A stretch of DNA of 64,000 nt, taken from assembly GCA_951406725.2 (NCBI GenBank), contig OX597821.1:105772001-105836000 (forward strand). Reading direction: 5' to 3'. Below the pieces are notes generated by a model. It saw only the letters and a list, made by a program, of their open reading frames with translations. It was not told the DNA's origin and ran no database searches. Made by a program: the position numbers and the translations under genes. Each line of letters begins with the position of its first letter. Position 1 is the first letter of the stretch. This DNA comes from Octopus vulgaris. Lineage: Eukaryota. Below, in pieces: positions 56,871 through 64,000 of this stretch.

Positions 56871-58859
56871 ACAGAACTGGACCCCTTAGAAGAGCAAAAG
56901 TGGGAGGGTGTCAAGGTAGAAGATATAAGATCTGCTCTCAGGAGGTCAAGCAAATGGAAGTCTCCAGGAAAGGATAAAATTCCTAACTTCTGGCTGAATG
57001 CCTTCCCAGAGAGCCATGAACTGCTAACAGAACTGTACAATGATGTTTTGCAACACCCTAGTAGGATGCCTCCTTCGCTAGTTAATGGGTTAACATTCCT
57101 GCTTCCAAAAAGTGAAGAAAGAAATGAACCCAAAAACTATAGACCCATAACCTGCTTAACAACTATGTACAAAACACTAACATCTGTCCTGACGGAATAT
57201 ACCTATAGTTTTTTAACAGACAGCAGCATATTCCCTAATGAACAGAAAGGATGTAAACGTGGATCCTACGGCTGTAAAGACCAACTACTCATCAATAAGA
57301 TGATCTTAGAAGATTGTCACAAACAACACAAAAACTTATCAATAGCCTGGATAGACTATAAAAAGGCTTTTGATAGCCTACCACATAGCTGGATTAGGAA
57401 ATGCCTGGAAATGTATAAGATAGCACCTACTCTGCGAAACTTCTTGACTGTAAGTATGAGATCATGGAGAACCACACTAACTCTGAACAGTGACAATGAA
57501 TCCCTAAATGCTGGTGATGTAAAAATGTCGTGTGGCATTTTCCAGGGTGACTCACTGTCACCACTCCTCTTTTGTTTATCCTTAATACCTCTCTTAAAGC
57601 TGCTCAATGACGCGCAGTACGGGTATAAAATGTTTGATAAAAATATAAATCATCTCATTTACATGGATGATTTAAAGCTTTTTGCAAAAAATGACCAACA
57701 ACTCAAGGGCTTACTAGCGATAGTCAAACAATTCAGTGACGACATCAGAATGCAATTCGGCCTCGATAAATGTGCAAAAGCTACCATTATCAAAGGCAAA
57801 ATGACAGAAACATCTAACGTTAACCTTGACCAGCAGAATGTCATAAAAGAACTAGACCCAGCGGAGAGTTACAAGTACCTAGGGGTAATTGAAGGGAACG
57901 GAATGAGGCATTCAGAGATGAAGGAAAGAAACAGGAGAGAATGCTATCGAAGAGTGAGAGCAATACTCAAGACAGAGCTGAATGCAAGAAACAGGATCGA
58001 AGCGATCAATGCATTAGCCATATCAGTCGTGACTTACAGTTTCAATATTGTTAACTGGTCAATTACTGAAATATGTCAGTTCGACAGAAAAATAAGGAAA
58101 CTGTTGACAATGCATAGAATGCACCACCCTAAGGCAGATACAGAACGACTCTATCTGCCAAGAAAAGAGGGAGGCCGTGGTCTTTTGCAACTGGCAATAA
58201 CAATGAAGATTGCTACAATTGGCCTAGACACCTACCTGAAAAACTCTGAGGACTGGATGTTAAAACTTGTCTCAAAACATGAAAACAAGAAAGCATTATA
58301 CTCAGTCACAAAACAGGCAAAGGAATATCTAAGTGAATTCCGAATACAACCAATTTCTGAATTAGAGATAGACATACAAGAAACAAGCACAGAAAAAGCT
58401 AGGCGCATGAAAACCCGTGCCAAAACTGCGGCCTTAGATATTCTGAATAATAAATGGCAAGAAAATCCTCTCTGTGGCAAATACCCAAAGAGAGCGAATG
58501 ATGCAGATATCGACAAAGCCCTGACCCATCAATGGCTAATGGCCTCTGGCTTAAAATCTGAAACAGAGCGGTTTATCATAGCAGCTCAAGATCAATGCCT
58601 ACCAACAAGAAACTACCAGGCCAACATATTAAAGAACGGCAGTAGCCCAACATGTCGTGTATGCCGACAACAAAATGAAACCATTGATCATGTTGTCTCC
58701 AAATGCAGTCTTCTAGCACCTACAGAGTACCTCAATAGGCATGATAGAGCTGCACAATATATTCACTGGGTAATTTGCAAAAACCTGGATTTGCCCCATG
58801 AAAAAAACTGGTGGGAACACAATAAGAGGGAGGCCGTGGTCTTTTGCAACTGGCAATAA
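56871..58859 (+). CDS. Retrotransposon ORF part 1: reverse transcriptase + CCHC zinc knuckle (no true start; frameshifted at the duplication junction)
   Basis: WKSPGKD, NYRPITCL, EQKGC, WIDYKKAFDS, GIFQGDSLSP, YMDDLKLF, YKYLG, RLYLPRKEGGRGL, CRVC..ETIDHVVSKC, RHD. Confidence 0.9.
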   Translation, partial: TELDPLEEQKWEGVKVEDIRSALRRSSKWKSPGKDKIPNFWLNAFPESHELLTELYNDVLQHPSRMPPSLVNGLTFLLPKSEERNEPKNYRPITCLTTMYKTLTSVLTEYTYSFLTDSSIFPNEQKGCKRGSYGCKDQLLINKMILEDCHKQHKNLSIAWIDYKKAFDSLPHSWIRKCLEMYKIAPTLRNFLTVSMRSWRTTLTLNSDNESLNAGDVKMSCGIFQGDSLSPLLFCLSLIPLLKLLNDAQYGYKMFDKNINHLIYMDDLKLFAKNDQQLKGLLAIVKQFSDDIRMQFGLDKCAKATIIKGKMTETSNVNLDQQNVIKELDPAESYKYLGVIEGNGMRHSEMKERNRRECYRRVRAILKTELNARNRIEAINALAISVVTYSFNIVNWSITEICQFDRKIRKLLTMHRMHHPKADTERLYLPRKEGGRGLLQLAITMKIATIGLDTYLKNSEDWMLKLVSKHENKKALYSVTKQAKEYLSEFRIQPISELEIDIQETSTEKARRMKTRAKTAALDILNNKWQENPLCGKYPKRANDADIDKALTHQWLMASGLKSETERFIIAAQDQCLPTRNYQANILKNGSSPTCRVCRQQNETIDHVVSKCSLLAPTEYLNRHDRAAQYIHWVICKNLDLPHEKNWWEHNKREAVVFCNWQ

Positions 58860-59941
58860 CAATGAAGATTGCTACAATTGGCCTAGACACCTACCTGAAA
58901 AACTCTGAGGACTGGATGTTAAAACTTGTCTCAAAACATGAAAACAAGAAAGCATTATACTCAGTCACAAAACAGGCAAAGGAATATCTAAGTGAATTCC
59001 GAATACAACCAATTTCGGAATTAGAGATAGACATACAAGAAACAAGCACAGAAAAAGCTAGGCGCATGAAAACCCGTGCCAAAACTGCGGCCTTAGATAT
59101 TCTGAATAATAAATGGCAAGAAAATCCTCTCTGTGGCAAATACCCAAAGAGAGCGAATGATGCAGATATCGACAAAGCCCTGACCCATCAATGGCTAATG
59201 GCCTCTGGCTTAAAATCTGAAACAGAGCGGTTTATCATAGCAGCTCAAGATCAATGCCTACCAACAAGAAACTACCAGGCCAACATATTAAAGAACGGCA
59301 GTAGCCCAACATGTCGTGTATGCCGACAACAAAATGAAACCATTGATCATGTTGTCTCCAAATGCAGTCTTCTAGCACCTACAGAGTACCTCAATAGGCA
59401 TGATAGAGCTGCACAATATATTCACTGGGTAATTTGCAAAAACCTGGATTTGCCCCATGAAAAGAAATGGTGGGAACACAATCCACCTCCAGTGCTTGAA
59501 AATGACCACATCTCACTCCTCTGGAACTTCACCATTCAAACTGACAGGAAGATAGATGCAAATAGGCCAGACATCATATTGAAAGACTTCAGACAAAGAA
59601 CATGCCTCCTCATTGATATGACTGTCCCAATCGATATAAACGTATCTGTCAAGACCTACCAAAAACTGAGCAAATATAAAAATCATGAAATAGAAATCAG
59701 CAAAATGTGGAAGCTGAAGACTAAAATCATACCTGTTCTCATAGGTGCCCTGGGAATGATAGCGAATGATTGCTACCTAACTCAGATACCAGGAAACCCC
59801 AAAATGGCAGAAATTCAAATGATAATGCTCATGGGAACTGCTTATATCCTACGCAAAATACCCTCTAGGTTTAAAACAAACTTTTTTTTATTTTTAATTT
59901 TTTTTAATTTTTATTTTTATTTTTTTATTTTTATGTATTAG
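58847..59941 (+). CDS. Retrotransposon ORF part 2: duplicated post-RT linker/CCHC + restriction-enzyme-like (PD-D/ExK) endonuclease
   Basis: Second CRVC..H..C/RHD, then NRPDIIL, LLIDMTVP, KLSKY, IIPVLIGALG. The C-terminal end is degraded and runs into a T-rich UTR. Confidence 0.85.
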   Translation, partial: QLAITMKIATIGLDTYLKNSEDWMLKLVSKHENKKALYSVTKQAKEYLSEFRIQPISELEIDIQETSTEKARRMKTRAKTAALDILNNKWQENPLCGKYPKRANDADIDKALTHQWLMASGLKSETERFIIAAQDQCLPTRNYQANILKNGSSPTCRVCRQQNETIDHVVSKCSLLAPTEYLNRHDRAAQYIHWVICKNLDLPHEKKWWEHNPPPVLENDHISLLWNFTIQTDRKIDANRPDIILKDFRQRTCLLIDMTVPIDINVSVKTYQKLSKYKNHEIEISKMWKLKTKIIPVLIGALGMIANDCYLTQIPGNPKMAEIQMIMLMGTAYILRKIPSRFKTNFFLFLIFFNFYFYFFIFMY

Positions 59942-60137
59942 ATATTCACTAGTACAACACCAAAAAAAACCCAAAATAACAAAACATCCCCAAATATATG
60001 GCACAGAACTTCCAACCTGTTGTCTCTTGAGGTCTCTGGGTGAGACTTGGAGCCAACTTGTACAGACATAAAGCAAAAGTCAAACATAGAATGATAATAA
60101 TAATAATAATATTATTAATAATAATAATAATAATAAT

Positions 60138-60520
60138 AGATGCCCTGATGAAATACCAGGGACCGGCACTCAGGGGTTCTGATCTTAAGTTCTTGGAAGT
60201 GTTATCATGTGAATCTTTTGTCTTGCTATAAAATGTGGGCTATAGCAAATACTCTGCTCAGTATCAGAAATTTCCTTGTCAGCTGCTTGACCATAACCCA
60301 TTGAGCATGTCCCGCAGAGGCTGCCGATATATGCATCTCTTATCACGAGCAGGAATAGTGGGCAGCATCATCACCATGTATTGAGAGGAATTCTATTTTA
60401 TTCACCATCGTTAAACAAACCTTATTCAGGGATGTTTTGAGCGGGATGGCATACTCAATTGCGGAACATTCTAACTACTCCAGTGTCACTTTGATGGTAT
60501 GGACTGCTCTCTCACATAAT
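60138..60520 (+). mobile_element. Non-coding (AAT)n-associated element, internally deleted copy
   Basis: Reverse-complement homologue of 63418-63970 (ATGCCCTGATG...CTGCTCTCTCAC); AAT runs on both sides. Confidence 0.8.
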
Positions 60521-60534
60521 AATATCAAATAATG

Positions 60535-60745
60535 AATGACAGATAAGCACACCCTATCAATGTGACGCTGGGGTACAAATATATGACTAGCAACATACTT
60601 ATAATGGCTGCTGTCTTATAAGGGTACACTAGTAACATGCATCACAAACGTATGTGCGTGACATGGTGATCTGATATGAAGATCACCCTGCATAGCTTTG
60701 CAGGGAAAAGAGACTAGTTAGAAGATTTACAGGTTGTTAGCCCAC
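60535..60745 (-). mobile_element. Older partial copy of the same non-coding element, opposite orientation
   Basis: ATAAGGGTACAC..CATGCATCACAA..GGTGATCT..GAT matches 63500-63565. Confidence 0.7.
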
Positions 60746-61558
60746 TACGCTTTAATGATTCACGAATAAGTGTTGCTTAATTCTCTTCCCCCTTCTTTCT
60801 TATGAAAGCAAAGGTTTTTACGTTAGCTCTTACCTGAACATATGCATAACCATACCTTTTTGCGTTTTTCTTTCTATGCGAATCCAGTTCCTCATTTGTC
60901 CATTCAACATCATGTGCGCAGTAGCTTACCGATATAACAGCCCAAGCGTTTATGCCTCTGCTTATGAGAAAGGGCCAGAGGCAATTCTTTTTCTACCTCT
61001 TCCTTCTCTTTCTATTCCCCTACCTCCGCTTCAGTATCATCAAGTTCACCTACTGTTCTTTCATTATTTACCTTTCCGATTCCGACGAATTATTTGTTAA
61101 CATCGTTTTATGCACGTTTTGTCTAACATTGCCAGTTGCACAGTTGCGTACGAGGATGTGCGCAAATATATCAGAAAGGACGATGTTTCTACAGAACGTT
61201 GGATTTACATTGCTTCAGGCTCTTTTTCGCTGCATTCGTTATAGTTATATAATCATCATCCTTGATGTTGTTGATTTACTCTTGTGTTCTGTTCACGTAC
61301 AAATAATTCATGCTATGCAGCGTTTCATATGAGATTCTCGTTTTTCAATATGGATATCATCGGCATCAAAATATAAGAAACATTTTAATAAACTGAATTT
61401 GCAGAATCGCACGGTGAATGACTGTTCAATGAACTGAAATCCCAACGTGGTGCGCTCTGCTCCATGCACGCTTGTTCTAGTTGTTATGTCTGTTACTCTC
61501 TCTGTCTCCCCTCTCCCCTTACGCACACGCAAATATATTTATATTTATATATATATAT

Positions 61559-61612
<54 letters not shown>

Positions 61613-61619
61613 GGGGGGG

Positions 61620-61832
61620 TTCTTTAAAACTAAACTGGATCTCTTCTTGTCGGGAGTCCCAGATGAACCTACCTCACGACAGGAGACGCAGATGCGGGCA
61701 GCAACATCGAACTCCCTTGTTGATCAAGCGCCACGTATCAGAGGTGGATTCACATATTAGTGTCGCTCATTCAGCGGTGGTGCCCCAGCATGGCGGCGGC
61801 CTTCGGGCTAAAATATTTTTAAGGATTTAAGG

Positions 61833-61833
<1 letters not shown>
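61620..61833 (+). mobile_element. CR1/L2-group LINE 3' end (second family)
   Basis: FFKTKLDLFLSGVPDEP...RAATSNSLVDQ; tail GGTGGTGCCCCAGCATGGC..; (TTTAAGGA)2. Preceded by a G run and flanked by (TA)n. Confidence 0.8.
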
Positions 61834-61865
<32 letters not shown>

Positions 61866-61945
61866 CATATATATATGTGTATATTTAATTACACACTCAC
61901 TTGTGTGTATGTATCCATCCATATACGCATCCTACATGCGGAGCC

Positions 61946-62035
<90 letters not shown>

Positions 62036-62310
62036 GCATGTATATGTATATACTTCTGTGTGTGCGTATGCATGCGCGCACGAATTGCATTAGGTGGTGC
62101 AACTTGTGTACCTCTTCCTCACGTATTAATATAACAATTTCAAATTGAAATTCATTTTCGAACTCATGAACACTCCTTTCCGGAACAGACAGGGAATTCA
62201 CACACCCAAAAAAACCATTCAAGTATCCAATTTGTGTTACTTTCCTCGTGTAAAATATTGATGCTCGGCATTATTTGCTTCTTGTTTTATGCTCAATTAA
62301 AACTTCTTTG

Positions 62311-62905
62311 TTCACGCTATTCTCGTCTCCATATATAGAAACCTATACATATCTGGAGCCCATGCTTTTTCCTGTGTTATTTTTAAGGAATTGATTCCCT
62401 GTTATGTCTTTCACGCTTATTCTCGTCTCCATATATAGAAACCTATACATATCTGGAGCCTATGCTTTTTCCTGTGTTATTTTTAAGGAATTGATTCCCT
62501 GTTATGTCTTTCACGCTATTCTCGTCTCCATATATAGAAACCTATACATATCTGGAGCCCATGCTTTTTCCTGTGTTATTTTTAAGGAATTGATTCCCTG
62601 TTATGTCTTTCACGCTATTCTCGTCTCCATATATAGAAACCTATACATATCTGGAGCCCATGCTTTTTCCTGTGTTATTTTTAAGGAATTGATTCCCTGT
62701 TATGTCTTTCACGCTATTCTCGTCTCCATATATAGAAACCTATACATATCTGGAGCCCATGCTTTTTCCTGTGTTATTTTTAAGGAATTGATTCCCTGTT
62801 ATGTCTTTCACGCTATTCTCGTCTCCATATATAGAAACCTATACATATCTGGAGCCCATGCTTTTCCTGTGTTATTTTTAAGGAATTGATTCCCTGTTAT
62901 GTCTT
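62311..62905. repeat. Minisatellite: 6 near-identical 99-bp units
   Basis: Units start at 62311, 62410, 62510, 62609, 62708 and 62807. Confidence 0.97.
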
Positions 62906-63126
62906 CCCTGTTATGTTCGATGTAATATTTATAGTATTTCATATCGTCTGATTATATTGTGAATGCGTGATGTTTCTTTTTATTATGTCTTGTTTTCTCT
63001 GTAATCTTTTACGTTTTTGCACTTCTATACGTGAATTATTTTTACTTGTTCTATCGAAAATCTGTTGAAAACTAAAGATACTTTTGCATTCTAAGGAATT
63101 TTGTTACGTTATTCATTTATTCACTG

Positions 63127-63163
63127 TTATTATTGTTGTTGTTGTTAATTGTTGTTATTCTTG

Positions 63164-63245
<82 letters not shown>

Positions 63246-63417
63246 TAATAATAATAATAATTATTATTATTATTATTAATAATAATTATTATCATCATTA
63301 TTATTATTATCATCATCATTATTATTACTATTATTATTATTATTATTATTATTATCATTATTATATTTATTATCATTATTATCATTATTATTATAATTGT
63401 TATTATTATTATTATTG
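63127..63417. repeat. Degenerate (TAT)n/(TGT)n/(CAT)n tract
   Basis: Seen directly. Confidence 0.95.
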
Positions 63418-63999
63418 AGTGAGAGAGCAGTTCATGCCATCAAACTGACACTGGGGTAAAATATACGAAGCCCAATATACCCATCATGACTACCCGTCTG
63501 ATAAAGGTACACCAGGCACATGCATCACAACCATATGCGCGACGCGGTGATCTCATATCAAGATAAACAGCACATGACCTTGCAGGTGGGGCCCAGTTAG
63601 AATTTTCTTCAGGTTGAGTAGCCCATCCCGCTCAAACGGTCCCTGAATAAGGTTTGTTTAAGGATGTTGAAAGAACCACCCATGTTTCCAGGGGTGAACT
63701 ATTCAAACCCCAATGAATCCCTCTCAACACATGGCTATGATGCTCCCCCACTACTTCTGCTCGTGATCAGAGATGCACATATCGTCAGCCACTAAGGGAC
63801 ATGCTCAACTGGTTAGGGTCAAACAACTGACAAGCAAATCTGTGGTATTGAGCAGAATATTTGCTGTAGCCCATCTTTTATACCAAGACAAAACAATGTA
63901 CATGATAACACTTCCAATCAGTTAAGATCAGAAGCCATGAGAGCCACTGCCTGGTACTGCATCAGGGCATAGCCACTGCCTGGTACTGCATCAGGGCAT
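63418..63999 (-). mobile_element. Non-coding ~550-bp (AAT)n-associated element, apparently complete, with a 29-bp terminal duplication
   Basis: Abuts (TAT)n; homologous to 60138-60520; AGCCACTGCCTGGTACTGCATCAGGGCAT occurs twice (63942-63970, 63971-63999). Strand inferred from AAT polarity. Confidence 0.75.
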
Positions 64000-64000
64000 T

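Larger units (their letters stand above)
56870..60090 (+). mobile_element. Young 5'-truncated R4/Dong-like non-LTR retrotransposon (family 2) with a 659-bp internal duplication
   Basis: Flanked by (AAT)n on both sides; RT, CCHC and REL motifs present. Confidence 0.95.

Noticed and set aside
57356-59175. Antisense ORFs within the Dong-like element
   Set aside because: Shadow frames of the RT coding strand; the two identical 94-aa ORFs just reflect the 659-bp duplication.
60876-61332. Hydrophobic 126-aa ORF
   Set aside because: Driven by T-rich composition; no family motifs recognised on either strand.
61534-61578. Palindrome around a (TA)n tract
   Set aside because: Trivial self-complementarity of AT microsatellite.
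62311-62905. CRISPR-like array near a reverse transcriptase
   Set aside because: Units are contiguous and near-identical with no unique spacers, there are no cas genes, the context is eukaryotic and the RT is a standard non-LTR type.

Overview
AT-rich, microsatellite-dense animal genomic DNA. The SINE families and repeat landscape point to a coleoid cephalopod, most likely Octopus (inference from recognition, not from a search). I can support no intact host protein-coding gene, rRNA, true tRNA or CRISPR array; most ORFs in the track are read-throughs of microsatellites or SINEs. The window is a stack of mobile elements. (1) R4/Dong-like non-LTR retrotransposons (RT + CCHC + REL endonuclease) associated with (AAT)n tracts: a decayed near-full-length copy, a short 3' fragment, and a young copy with a 659-bp internal tandem duplication. 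A non-coding ~550-bp element shares the same target and polarity. (2) CR1/L2-group LINE pieces in (TA)n tracts. (3) Penelope-like fragments with candidate minimal hammerhead ribozymes and inverted ends. (4) A TIR-bounded hAT transposon with nested RTE and SINE insertions, a MULE remnant and a Helitron-like element. (5) Three tRNA-derived SINE families. The most notable patterns are a shared 3'-terminal motif with a covarying hairpin across five LINE/SINE ends, strand-specific piling of elements into (AAT)n, two spacerless palindromes, SINE self-insertion arrays, a 6x99-bp array and a possible decayed GPCR pseudogene.
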